64,000 nt of DNA, taken from contig MU058781.1 in assembly GCA_013265495.1 (NCBI GenBank), forward strand, positions 7,483,009 to 7,547,008. Reading direction: 5' to 3'. How positions within the stretch are numbered: position 1 is the stretch's first letter; each line of letters begins with the position of its first letter. A model generated the notes under the pieces. The model did not search any database. It was not told the origin of the DNA and saw only the letters and a program-made list of their open reading frames with translations. The position numbers and the translations under genes were made by a program. This DNA is from Vicugna vicugna (Eukaryota). Shown piece by piece: positions 52,509 through 64,000 of this stretch.

Positions 52509-54199
52509 ATAATATAAGTGCCTCAGTAGTCAGAATGGTTTAAAACATGTATAACTGGTTATTGAGCAGTGGTACATGGAGAAAACAATTTTATTTTTCG
52601 CTAATCTCTAGCTTCTAACATGGCTAGTCATACCTCCATTTCCTTCCTATGCTTTCTTGAGATGATTCCATAGTTTCATAGCCATTTTAGATTATAAGAA
52701 TGCTTAGGTATGTATTGCTTACTTTCAGAAAGTAAAAATTTCCCAACAAGTTTAAGTCAAAATTCTAGTCTCACGTCTAATTTGATTTGACTGTCTGTCT
52801 TTTTACAGTTCAGGCCAGACACGTGGCTCTGGCCTGCGTTGACTTTCAGATTTCCTCCTTCCTCTTTCAAGCCTTTATTTAGCTGCTGGTTTTTTTTTTG
52901 GTTTTTTTTTTGTTGTTGTTTTTTTTTTTGTAGTTCTGTCCTGGCTAATAGTAAATGGCCAGTGTGTTATCCGTTATAACAGGCTTCTTAAATGCTGCTT
53001 CCTCATATGTAACTTTTTTTTTTTTGAGTTCTTCAGCCAGTATCTCCAAACATTGTTCACTGAGATTGTTCCAGATCATTGCTTCATGACATGGTGATGT
53101 ACTTTCCAGCTGATCTAGAATGGCGTCCTTTCAGCCTTTGTCCTCAGGGATCCATCCTGTTAGGATCCCCTCTCCCCCAGAAGGCAAAGTATGATTCCAT
53201 GGAGACAGCTCAAGTGCACTTGGTCTAAAAGGAAACTCATACTTTGTTTCCATGCCAGACTGTGGGCAGTCTACCCTCAAGGCACTCTCTTCCCTGTCTC
53301 CCCATGAAAGGCAATTGCAGCCAGCCATTTGTCTTCTGATTCTTCCAGTTTGGCAGCAGGCTCCAGTATCTATTTTTATGGGCACTTTCAAACTTCAGGG
53401 GACACAATATAAATTCTTTCTAAATAGCAAGTGCTCCAAAGGCCTCCCTCATCAAAATTTGATGCACTGAGTGAGGCTAAAAATGTCTGCATCTTGAAAG
53501 TACCCAATTTGAGAGGGTGATCTGGTTTGTCTTCATTTGCAGACAAAGTCTCAGGGAGCTCCTCTTACTTGGTTAGTGGGGAGAGCTCGCCTGTCCTTCT
53601 TCATGTGCATTCCTCCTCTAGACAGCACTGTTCTCTCCTTCCACAGCCTCTCTCTCTCTCCAGGAACTCCTGGCTTTTGCTTATATAGAATGGGTGGGGA
53701 AGCTGAGAAGGAAAAAGAAGTTCCAATATGGTCATATCTTAGGAGAGCTTTGAGGGTATCTCTTTGGCTGCCCTTTAGAACATGGAGGTATTTATTGACA
53801 GAGAGATTCAGTATGGTTAACAGCCATCATGGCAGACTGTTGGAGTGGATTCAGATTCATACTGTTAAAAAAGTATTCTAGAAAGGCCTTGATTTTCCAG
53901 GACCCAGGATCCATTTGCTGGATTACTAGAAAATCCACGGTGTTGCAGGAGAATGGCCAAGGTAGTGGAGTGGTAAAGCTCAGGGAAGTGTCTGTTTACC
54001 AACTGCCCGGAAGTGTTTCTGTATTTTGCCTACCAGGTGATCATTAGTCCTTCCTATGGCCTATTAACCTTGGTATTGAAGCTTGAACTATAATCTCCAG
54101 ATAATTAGATAAGTCCTATTCCGCATCTTGTTACATTTAAGCTATGATGGAGCCAGTGTCCAAAACAAAATTTTAATAAAATAAATGTAACTGAGTTAA

Positions 54200-55200
54200 G
54201 GAATGAGCTTTGGAAAGAGGAACCTAAAAGAAGAAGACATAAAAGGAGAGGAAATCAAAACAACGCGATAACCAGAAAATAGGATTTTTATCTGACAAGT
54301 AAGCCATTTGTAGTGGAGAAGATGGGGAGACTGAAGGTGAAGGGAATATTGTGTTGACTGATGACCCTCAGGAGAAAATTCTTAGGAAGGTGGTGATGAT
54401 GACAGCAATCGAAGAGGGAATGAGAGAGCAGAGGAGTGGAGATGAGGAGATAAAAGCGGCAGATGCAGACAATTCAAGTGTGGCATTATAAGGATGGAAA
54501 GAAGTTGGCTGGTAGTCAGAAATGCATATAGAACAGGAAGGCTTATTTGGGAATGTGTTGTTGGTGTTGTTTGTAGTGACTTCAACATGTTTGAAGGCAG
54601 AAGAATAGGAGTTGGTAGAGTAAATGACTGTGACTGTGCAGAAAATATGGAGCATAGCTCCTCTGCATCTGGAAGGGCTTTGTCAAGAGCTCACACAGAT
54701 GGAGAGACTGGCTTGCTGAAAGAGGAAGTGTACCCGCCCTGCAAGACTGGACGATGGCACCAGAGTATTCACCAGGGTGTGAGCAAATGTAGTAACTTAA
54801 GCCAGTGAACTCCTGTCTTCTGAGCCAAGTAGCAGGCAAGGAGATCACAGGAGCAACAGAGTGAAAAGAAAAGGAGAGGCGGTCTAGAATATTCAGCAAA
54901 GGGTAGAAGAAGATTTGTAGAACTGAGTTATCAGACTGTAAGGTAGGTCCCAGCTTCAGTTGGACACTAGGTTGTATGTGGGGCTGGTGGGTCTGAACAG
55001 ACCTATCTCTTCTGAAGCTCAGGCACCGGAGTGTAGAGAGATGGTGCGTTTGGTCCAGGGAAAGGAACTGCCACTGCTGAGTGGTCAGGGATGGCTACAG
55101 TGAGCAAGGGAGAGCGGAACGGGACTGAGTGCCTGGCCCAGGCACAGGAAGAAATCCACAGAGTGGACAGCATGGAGCATGAGGTTCTGAGTAAAGGGTG
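54200..55200 (-). mobile_element. Highly diverged L2
   Basis: Purine-rich plus strand with GAGGAGTGGAGATGAGGAG...GCAGACAATTC and CATGTTTGAAGGCAG motifs. Confidence 0.5.
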
Positions 55201-56519
55201 GGCTCTGTTTAAGTAGGAAGCCGATCGGCTAACCGTCAAATGAGAAGCCGGGTGGACATATTAGTTCTTCTTTTGAAAGAGAAACTGGTTCCACAGATGT
55301 TGAGGACCTGGAGGCCTCCCTGAATTATAACTGGTAGGGAAGTCAGGAGGGACAAAAGTCTTCATCAGTTTGGCGTTTGATCTGAAATAAGTTTCAGCAG
55401 TGCGATCCCTTGGGAAATAAAGCGGAGCAGCCCTGACGGAACAAGAGTGAAGCCACATGGACAGATGCAAATATGTGTGTGTTCGCTTGCCTTTGTAAGC
55501 AAACATTTTGTTTTCAGCAAACAGCTTGCATCTTGTGCTTCGTTGATTTTTTTTTTTTTAAAGAAAAGTACACACACAAAACAGCCTGTCACTGCTGGCT
55601 TCGCAGAGAAGGAAGACAGGCCCTTGAGTGTTTTCCAGTAACCAGCTCCCTGAGCTGGTTCTCACACGAGAAAGAAACTCAGAGTAACAAAAGGTGCCTG
55701 TGAAAGGTTCTTTTAGACTAAAATTTGGTGGAGATTAAAAGAGGGCAAAAGTTCAAATGAGAAGGAGCCACTGCCAAGTAAGCAGGAATCTTAGCCAAGG
55801 GGAAGGAAAAGGAGACACTGGTTTAAAATGCAAGTAACCATGGCGAGCCAGCAGTTCAATGCTAGAATCTGGTTAAGAAGTAATATCACACAGAGCCGTG
55901 ATTGTTTATTCAAAGCAGGTCATGAGAGAACAGTTGTCTCCAATGGGTACTCTCACAGCTTGGATTCAAAATTATAAGTGCATTTTTAAAAGCGTCCAGT
56001 GCTTCTCCCTGACCCATTTGGTATTAAGCAAAAAAAAGAAAGCACAAAGTTTATTCTCAGTGTCTCTTGTGGGTTTAGGACAGCTTTACATATGGAAAAG
56101 CGTTTTGGTGTCAGCTGTTGAACTAGTTTCCTGCTATTCTGCTTTCAGTTGCCATTGGAAACTCTGCCTGACCGTGTGGTAACATCACCCATTTCCCAAG
56201 GTTCAGAAACCAACGCCCCTTTAAGGGGAAGCAGAGCGTTTCTTTCTTTACACGTACATATTGTGCTTTGCCCCTGTTTCTGAGTGGGAAGGGCTTGCAA
56301 ATAGCTGAAGGACTGTGAGAATAGAGATGAGGTACTGAAATACAAGATAAAGATAAGCCCGATGTAATGAAACAAGAGGGAGGCTCTGCAGTGACCAGAA
56401 ACCCACCTTCGCATTCGTGCCAGTCCCTCCAGTCTGGATGGCCCGTTTGTGGTCATTAACACTGTACAGAGCGGAGCTAGGGGCTTCCGTCCTTCTTGTA
56501 TAAATGAGATGGCTACCAA

Positions 56520-56682
56520 TACAGTCAGGGTCTGCATAAGGGAGAAGGTCCCAGAGCCTCTGAAATTTATGCAAAAACTTCTGTGTCATTTTGTGTGTGC
56601 ATTTTTCTGGGGGAATCTGTCCATAATTTTCCTGAGATTATCAAAATAGTCCATGACCCAGAAAGCATTAAAAACCAGTGAA
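56520..56682. mobile_element. MER103-type hAT element
   Basis: CTGAAATTTATGCAAAA...GTGCATTTTTCTGGGGGA...GTCCATA...GTCCATGACCCA...AAAACCAGTG. Confidence 0.75.
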
Positions 56683-57272
56683 CTGAAGTCACCAAATAAA
56701 GTACACTGGCTACACTCAGGCATATGGAAAGAATGCAATGTAATCATCTCGATGATTACCATACAGTAACATGCACAGGGCAGTGGGAGAGCTTTCTGCT
56801 GGTTTGTGGATACAGCATAACCAAGGAGAGGAAATTTTCAAGAGGTTGCCTCCCTGCAGGAAGCTGAGAGAACTGGTGTTCCAGCCCTGCCCAGGCAGGA
56901 GGGTCATCCCCCAGCTCTGAAAGAACGTGTTCTGTCTATATACCGCTCTTTCTCAAGTCTTGTTCCACTGGGGAATCTGAGAGCTGCAAGAGAGTCTGTA
57001 TTGTCAGGAAGGGAAGAGGTGTGATTCAGAACTCAACTTGGTGATTCTACAGGCAAATCTGGAAGAAAAGGGAAAAGCAGCTTAAATCATGTGGTCTCAT
57101 CAAGGGAAGTAGTCCAGTAACATGTTCCAGTGTTTAAACAGAGAATCTGGAGTCAGACTGCTCAGGCTTGAAACCTGGTCCATTAAATATAGTAGATATG
57201 ATAATCACGTGCTAGTTACGTACCATCTCTGTGCCTGGACTTCCTCATCCTTGAAGTGGAGTTACAATAGTA

Positions 57273-58316
57273 TCGTTGATCCTCGTTGTCTCACTCTACT
57301 CGGCTGTTACCACAAAATACCATAGACTGATATAAACAGAAATTTATTTTATTTTATTTTATTTATTTTAATTCTAGAGGCTAGAAGTCCAAGATGAAGG
57401 TTCAGGCTGATTCAGTTTCTGGTGAGAGCTTTCCTCCCAGCCTGCAGACTGCTGCCTTCTCACTATGTCCTCATGTGGCTTTTTCTCAGTGTGTGTAAGC
57501 TGGAGTGGGGAGCTCTCCATTGTTTCTTCCTATAAGGGTACTAATCTAGTCGGTTCAGGGCCGCACCCTATGACCTCATTTAACCTTAATTTACTTTCTT
57601 GGATGACCCACCTCCAAATCCAGTCACACTGTGGGGAGGAGAGCTTCAACATGTGAATTTGGAGGGAACATAGACCTTTAGTCAGTACACTCATTATTCA
57701 CAGATTCCATATTTGTGAATTTACCTACTCTCTCTACAATTTATTTATGACCCCAAGATAAATACTTGTAGCACTTTTATGGTAGTTTGCAGCCATGTAA
57801 ATAAAGAAAGGTGAACATTTTGAGTTGCCCAGCATGCCTGTTCCCAGCTGAAGTTGAACAAGGTGACGCTCTAACTTCTTGTTTCAGCTCTCAACACTGT
57901 AAACACGTGTCTTTTCTTGTGGTCTATTTAATGCCACATGTTTAACATCTCGGTGCTTTTGTTGGTGATTTCAATATTTAAAATGATCCCTAAGCATAGT
58001 GCTAAATTCTGCGTGGTGTTCCTAAGCGCAAGAGGGCTGTGATGTGTCTACTAAAGAAAATACAGGCATTAGGTAAGCTTTGTTCAGGCATGAGTTGGTC
58101 CGAGTGCTGTTGGCCATGATTTCAATGTAAATTAATCAATAGCACATGTTAAATGAAGTGTCTTTCAACAGAAACATGCATAAAACAAGATTATGTATCA
58201 ATTAGTAGAAGAAAATGTTTCAACCAGATGTTTTCAGGAACCTAACCCATTATTTCCCCTAGAAGCATCAGATCAGTATTATAAAACGTAACTACATGAA
58301 TAACGAGAATCAGTTG
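57273..58316 (-). mobile_element. MER82 TcMar-Tigger element, interrupted by MLT1A
   Basis: CTCATTATTCACAGATTCCATATTTGTGAATTTACCTACTC...GTTCCTAAGCGCAAGAGGGCTGTGATGTG...GAATAACGAGAATCAGTTG. Confidence 0.85.
57287..57689 (-). mobile_element. MLT1A-type MaLR solo LTR
   Basis: ACAAAATACCATAGACTG...GAAGTCCAAGATGAAGG...CCCTATGACCTCATTTAACCTTAAT; TSD CTCGT/CTCAT. Confidence 0.9.
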
Positions 58317-58368
58317 TGTACAATGAGGAGGATTGAATAAGTTATATATAAAGTCCTTATAAGACTGC

Positions 58369-58714
58369 TGTCTTAGTTCAGGCTGCTATAACAAATAGGC
58401 TGGGTGACGCAAACAGCAAACATTTCTCACATTTCTGGAGACTGGGATGGCTGATTCAGTTCCTGCTAAGGGCTCTCATCCTGCTGGGCAGATGACCGCC
58501 TCCTTGCTGTATCCTCACATCTTGGAGAGACAGCTCATTCCTCTCATGTTTCTTCTTATAAAGGTACTGATCTCATTCATAAGGGCTACACCCTCGTGAC
58601 TTAATTACCTCCCAACTTTTCCGCCTTGAAATACCATGACTTTGGGAATTAGAGGTTTAACATACGAATTTTGGGGGGGTCAGGGTGGGGGTTACAAACA
58701 TTTAGTCCATAGCA
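58369..58714 (-). mobile_element. MLT1A0-type MaLR solo LTR
   Basis: TGTCTTAGTTCAGGCTGCTATAACAAA...ACAAACATTTAGTCCATAGCA; TSD ACTGC/ACTAC. Confidence 0.9.
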
Positions 58715-59342
58715 ACTACCTAACTTACAGTAGATAATCAGTAAATATCCTTTATTATTATTTTTTTCTCAGAATTAGAACCACAAAAGATCACTCCACA
58801 GTTGGAGTAATAATAAGAAATATTAATACTTGTTCAGAGTGTTATGTAAGCAGGATTGATAATAAGGCAGAAAGAAACTTGATTAACTGCTGGATTATCT
58901 ACCCCACCATTTTACCAGAAATAGCCAAAGATGCTAATATGTTAGCTGTAGACATGGCAAGGTTATATTAATTAGTTTACTCATTCTTTTGTTTGCATTA
59001 TCTGTCAAACATTTACTCTGCATATTTGTATGGTGAGGTAAGTGCAATAGGGCATACCCAGATGAATAAAACTTGTGTATGACTAAGTAAGTAAAGATGT
59101 GGTATGATCAGTGGCTTGATAGGGTAAAGAAAATATTAAGGGAATGCGAGATGGGATCAATTCCCTGTTAGCTCTCTCAGCATCATCCTGAGAAATTCCT
59201 GGTCTTAAACCCCAGGATGATATTTGTGGTAAATTAGGAGGAGCGAGTTACCCACGAGATGGGCAGAGGAGGACAAGGTTGGCCATCGTTGTCTGTTCGG
59301 ACTCTGTCTTCCGTACTTAGTAGACTATAACACTGCCATCAA

Positions 59343-59572
59343 CATAGCTTGGTGGATCAGGGCCCGGATTCTGGAGCCAGATGGCCTGGGTTCAAGTCCT
59401 GTTTTTCCCACTACCAGCTCTGTGACCTTGGGCAAGTTACTTAATCTCTCTGGCTTCCAGTTTCCTTAACATATAAAATGAGGATAATGATAGTCTAGCC
59501 TTGCTATGAGGATTAAATGAGTAAACGTTTGACGAGCACTGGAACAGTGTTTGGCACTTAATATGCTTTATT
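59343..59572 (+). mobile_element. MIR SINE, near full length and well preserved
   Basis: TCTGGAGCCAGATGGCCTGGGTTCAAGTCC...TGTGACCTTGGGCAAGTTACTTAATCTCTCTG...GAGGATTAAATGAG. Confidence 0.92.
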
Positions 59573-59994
59573 TCTGCATTTAATGAATAACCAGATCATC
59601 CTCACTAAATGTCCCACACCAGACACATCCTAGTGGATAAGTAAGATGTTTGACAACCAGTTGTTCAATGAATGAGTGAGAAGTAAATGACCTCGGGAAA
59701 ATGCCAGTCAGAAAGAAAATATGAGGAAATGATTTGAAAAAGAGCTGATTTGATAGTAAAGGTATTTTCAATAGCTGCGTCCCTGTATAAAACCTAATGT
59801 CCCAGCTTCACTAAAATAAAGTCCAAATCTTACAGCAAGACATAGAAATTTTAAAAAGGATAGAGTTCACAGTAGTAATGTGTAAACCCCCACATTGCAA
59901 TAGTTTAGAAAAACAAAGTGTATTTCTTTTACTAGCAAAGTCTAATGAAAGCGTTCTCATCCATCTAATCATGGAGAAATGCAGGCTATGTTTA

Positions 59995-60195
59995 TTTTGT
60001 GATGCTACCATCTCCTGTTACTGTGATGAGGACGAGAAGAATGGAAAAGGAACATCAGCTCTTAAATGCTGTGGCCCAGATGTGTGTCGTTCTGCTCACA
60101 GTCCGTCCCTCAGAATTAGTCATATGTCCCACATGCAGCCAGTAGGGGGAGGCTGGGAAACGTAGAGGCACATGGGTATTCGTCTGTGCTGTGTT
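59995..60195 (-). mobile_element. Old MLT1 (I/J/K-like) LTR fragment
   Basis: CAGCTCTTAAATGCT...TTCTGCTCACA...TAGTCATATG...GGAGGCTGGGAAACGTAG. Confidence 0.65.
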
Positions 60196-60625
60196 TGGCA
60201 TCCAAGGACCTCAGTTATCTGATCTCAACTATTCCCGCCATATCCTTCAAATGAAATGAGGACTTTTGAGGTCTCATAGCACTGTGGGATAATCTTGAGA
60301 TGTCTGTAACCGACTTCCATCACACGGAAGTCTTGTAGTGGCCTTGAGGGGAGTGTTCGCTAGACTCATGTTTGGTTCTCAGGGGGAGACAAAGGCATAT
60401 AGAATGGGGCTCCTGCTCTCAAAGTGCTTGCCATGTAGTTAAGAAAATGTGAAAAGAGAGTTAAGAGGATAAGGCAGTGAAGAATCAACGGCAACTAAGT
60501 GCAAGAGGTGGGGTAGCTTGGTTTTGTAGAAGGGCCTTAAGATTTGGAATCAGACAGCCCTGGGCCCCAAAGTTTGTGAATTGTAATATCTTAAGGAAGT
60601 CATTTAACTTCTAACTGTATATATC

Positions 60626-60658
60626 CACACACACACACACGCATGCACGCACGCGCGC
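60626..60658. repeat. (CA)n grading into CG/CA alternating tract
   Basis: CACACACACACACACGCATGCACGCACGCGCG. Confidence 0.85.
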
Positions 60659-62333
60659 CCTTTGTACCTCAGTAAGTAGCGGCTGTTCCTGTTCTTTTTG
60701 TGTGATGAAACAGCCTTGATGAGAAAAGTATTTTCTCCCGGTCCTGATAACATAGGGTAACACCCCAGCTATTCCCCTGTAAACCCCTGTTGAACAGCAG
60801 CCCCAAAACTAAGGTAATCAAGTGTGGAAGAATTTCTTCCACATGTGGTTAGGTTCTCAGCCTAAGCTTAGAAGACCATTCCTGCTGCATTTCTGGGAAA
60901 CACAAGCCCACAAAAGCTACATCCAGCAAGATGACAGCAGCAGTTGGTGGGGATTCCCTGCAGTGGCGAGCATCCCTGGAGTCTGTGCCCCACCCCAGCT
61001 GCCCTCTGGTACCCACAGTGCCTGCAGGACCCCCTTGGAGCCGAGCAGCGGCTGAGGACGTGGGAGGGCCTGTGAAATATGAAAGCAGCCAGCACACTAT
61101 CCATGGCAGCAGATGCCTCCCCGCTCTCCGGCCTGATCCTGGTTTATGGGGGACTTCTTTTACCAAGTCAGTTAGCTGAAGCTTCCCAAGGCATAGTTGA
61201 CTGAATTATTTCAAAACTTACGAAATGGGGGGAGATCATCTGGTTGGCCCTCGGGGTCATTCTGATTTCTAGAGTCAGCTCTGAATAGTGGATGCCCCAT
61301 CTCTTTTCCCTTGCCCTGTCCATCACAGACCCTGGGAACTTGCAGAGGGTGCTGACAGATGTCCTATGCATATCCTGATCCGTGATAAAGGGGCTCTGGC
61401 TGAATGGAGCTCCCACTCTCTGGCATCACACTATTGATTGCCACCAACGTCAGTGGATCCTTTTTATTCTGCAACCATTCTCTACTATTATGAATAAGAA
61501 TATCATTTTGCCATCTCTCTCAAAGCACAGAAGCAAATAGAAAGGAAAAATCCCATAATTTTATAAAGCCGTCCAGAGCTCTGTTCGTCGGAGAATTCAG
61601 TTCTGCTGAATAATTCTCCATAGACACGAATGATAAAGAGGGGATTATTACCCATCTGTTTGCCCTCTCGGCTTTTGTCCAGCCCTTATTGTCTTTTCAA
61701 GCTGGGTCCATCTGATTGCTTTAGTGACGCAGGAAGGCATCACCAAATATGAACACATTCCCAGGCTCTGGGAGCCTCTCACCACACTGAGGCACAGTGA
61801 CACAGAGTATTTTGCCTTCCAGCATTTCGGCAAACTAGGGCTGGAATAAGATATTTAAGGTCAAGGCCATGACATCTGTGGCTGGGAATGGGCCAACAGA
61901 GATCATTTTTATCTTCTGCTGCACACATGCAATCTATTCATCACCAGGCATCAAGATCTTGACGGAGCAGCCAGGGAAAGCACGGAGAGAAGGGCTCTCA
62001 TCTCTGCTGTCAGGCTTGCTGTTTATATTATTTTGCCTTTTTCCCTACAGCCTCACACAAAGCTTTCTCAGGCTGGGGCAAGACTTTGCAGGGCCTTTTT
62101 TTTTGTTTGTTTTTTGAAGAGGACAAATTTGAGTGGGATTTGGGCAAAGGAGGAGAGGTACTTTGAAGCATTAATTGTTCTCAACCTCCTGGTTGTGTAA
62201 TACGTAGGCAGTTCTTTTAGGCAGATGGGCGTGGTTGCCAAATTTCATAAACCTAAGCAGAAAATAAAATAATTTTTATATCAAACCACTTTACTTGAAC
62301 CCCATGTGAAATCCTTATCCATCACTCTCTTCT

Positions 62334-62564
62334 TTTTTTTTATTGATTTATAATCATTTTACAATGTTGTGTCAAATTCCAGTGTTCAGCACAATTTTTC
62401 AGTCATTCATGGACATATACACACTTATTGTCACATTTTTTTCTCTGTGATTTATCATAACATATTGTGTATATTTCCCTGTGCTATACAGTGTAATCTT
62501 GTTTATCTATTCTACAATTTTGAAATCCCAGTCTATCCCTTCCCACCCTCTACCCCCCTGGTAA
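62334..62564 (-). mobile_element. Young, severely 5'-truncated L1 3' UTR (camelid-like)
   Basis: Poly-T then TATTGATTTATAATCATTTTACAATGTTGTGTCAAATTCCAGTG; 15-bp TSD CCATCACTCTCWTCT at 62319-62333 and 62565-62579. Confidence 0.9.
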
Positions 62565-63659
62565 CCATCACTCTCATCTAACCTAGTCTTTTCGATTTGT
62601 GAAGGATGATGATGAAATAATTTCAGTTAGCATAAAAACATTTTCATTGGTAAAAATCGCCTTTTATTTATTTTGTGACTTTTTATGGCTCCTACTAGAG
62701 AGTGGAAATTGTAGCTGTACTTAAAGGCTTTGAACACACACAGTTACACCCAACCATACGAATGATGGTAAGAGCCACTATGGCGTCAGAGGGCCCGGGT
62801 TCAATTCTAGGCTTTGAAAATAACCGCCGTTGTCTTCTTTACTCCTTAGCGCTTCATTTGCCTCCCCTGTTAAGTGATACAGTCCGGGCAAGATTGTTTC
62901 CAAAGTCCCCTGTTGTTCTGAAAGTCTCTCTTTCTTGAGGCCATTTGCTTCAAGTGGCATTTGCACTGCGTATTAACAATTTCTCTGTATTGATTTTGTG
63001 GCTACTCTATTAAATAGAAACATGCTTATCTTTGCCTTCGTGAGTGTAATAGAGGCTAAAATGCAGAAGGTGATATGACCTTCACCCTCTAAAGGCACAT
63101 TATCCCAACCAACTTCTGGGCTGCGCTCCTAATCTACTTTTGATTACGTCTCTTCTTTCACTAAAGACAGGGCAATAAGAAATTCAGAAAGAAGATGCCT
63201 ATTATGATCTCTCACACACCCCCACTTCCATTTAAAAATGCACTGCTATCATGCACTTTTTCTGTAATTTACTGTTAATCTCTGTGACACTGCCGTGATC
63301 AGGATTTCAGAGCGTTTCTGAAAGGCGCATTGTCTCGTGCTGCTTTTGTACAGTGAATTGCGCTGCGCTGCCCCCCACTCTCAAGGCCGTGAAGCACACG
63401 CGTGGTGGGTAATTGTGGCCCCAGACAGAAGCAGCCCAGCAGCGCCAGCTTCCACGCGCAGCCTTTCCTCATGGGGATATTATTTTACTTCTCAGGCTCA
63501 AAGAACTGGCTTCACCCTGCATGTTTTTAGGTTCTAAGAGAAAAACATAATTGAACTGTTAAGATCTCATGTCAGAATTCTGCTGCTCTGAAGTCCTAGG
63601 TAGTCCTACCACTTTTTAAATGTGTATTTCTAAGGATACATAGGAAAGGGACGGTAATT

Positions 63660-63872
63660 GACGTTTATCAAGTACTTTCTGTCAGATGCCATGTTGGGTT
63701 TGCTGTAAACCTTTCCCCACTTAATCCCTCCCAGCTATCCGTGAGGGAGGAAGTATCAGGGCTATACTGCAGAAGAGACCCTAAAGCTTGGAGATAGTTT
63801 GGAAATTACTGAATATTGCACAATAAGGATATATAGGCTCAAGGCTGGAACCCAGGTCTGTTTATCCTGTCT
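63660..63872 (-). mobile_element. MIR SINE (diverged)
   Basis: GTTTATCAAGTACTT...CTTAATCCCTCCCAGC...GGAACCCAGGTCTGT. Confidence 0.65.
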
Positions 63873-64000
63873 CTATGGTGGGTTTGTGATTCTTTCATCC
63901 TTTAAAAAAATGTTTTTAATTGTCTGCTCTGTATGTATAATACATTTCGTGTATTAATTCTTTCAACATCTAATAGCTTTTTTTCACATTCTACCATGCA

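Larger units (their letters stand above)
57125..58762 (+). mobile_element. MIR split by MER82 and an MLT1A0
   Basis: Head TCTGGAGTCAGACTGC (57146), middle GAGGATTGAATAAG (58328), tail TCAGTAAATATCCTTTATTATT. Confidence 0.7.

Noticed and set aside
1..64000. Prokaryote-style systems (CRISPR, operons, defence islands), tRNA/rRNA genes, or a foreign insert
   Set aside because: The sequence is continuous mammalian repeat-rich DNA with no long ORFs, no repeat-spacer arrays, no recognisable structural RNA gene and no abrupt compositional break.

Overview
This is eutherian mammal genomic DNA: AT-rich, CpG-depleted and dense in transposable elements. It carries MIR, L2, old L1M, MaLR/ERVL solo LTRs and hAT/Tigger DNA transposons, and I saw no Alu, Bov-tA, PRE1 or SINEC. 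A young L1 3' UTR at about 62.3 kb resembles camelid (Vicugna/Camelus) L1, so the source is probably a camelid (inference from recalled consensus). I cannot support any intact protein-coding gene, RNA gene or CRISPR array. The only ORFs with recognisable homology are broken L1 ORF2 pieces. The window looks like intronic/intergenic DNA. It may hold a weak CpG promoter with a first-exon donor at about 17.2-17.6 kb and a well-formed plus-strand 77-nt exon at 48.7 kb. The best-supported structure is several nested insertions with readable target-site duplications (TSDs). I found no evidence for a novel biological system. Repeat subfamily names come from remembered consensus sequences and need RepeatMasker/Dfam confirmation, and boundaries are approximate unless a TSD is quoted.
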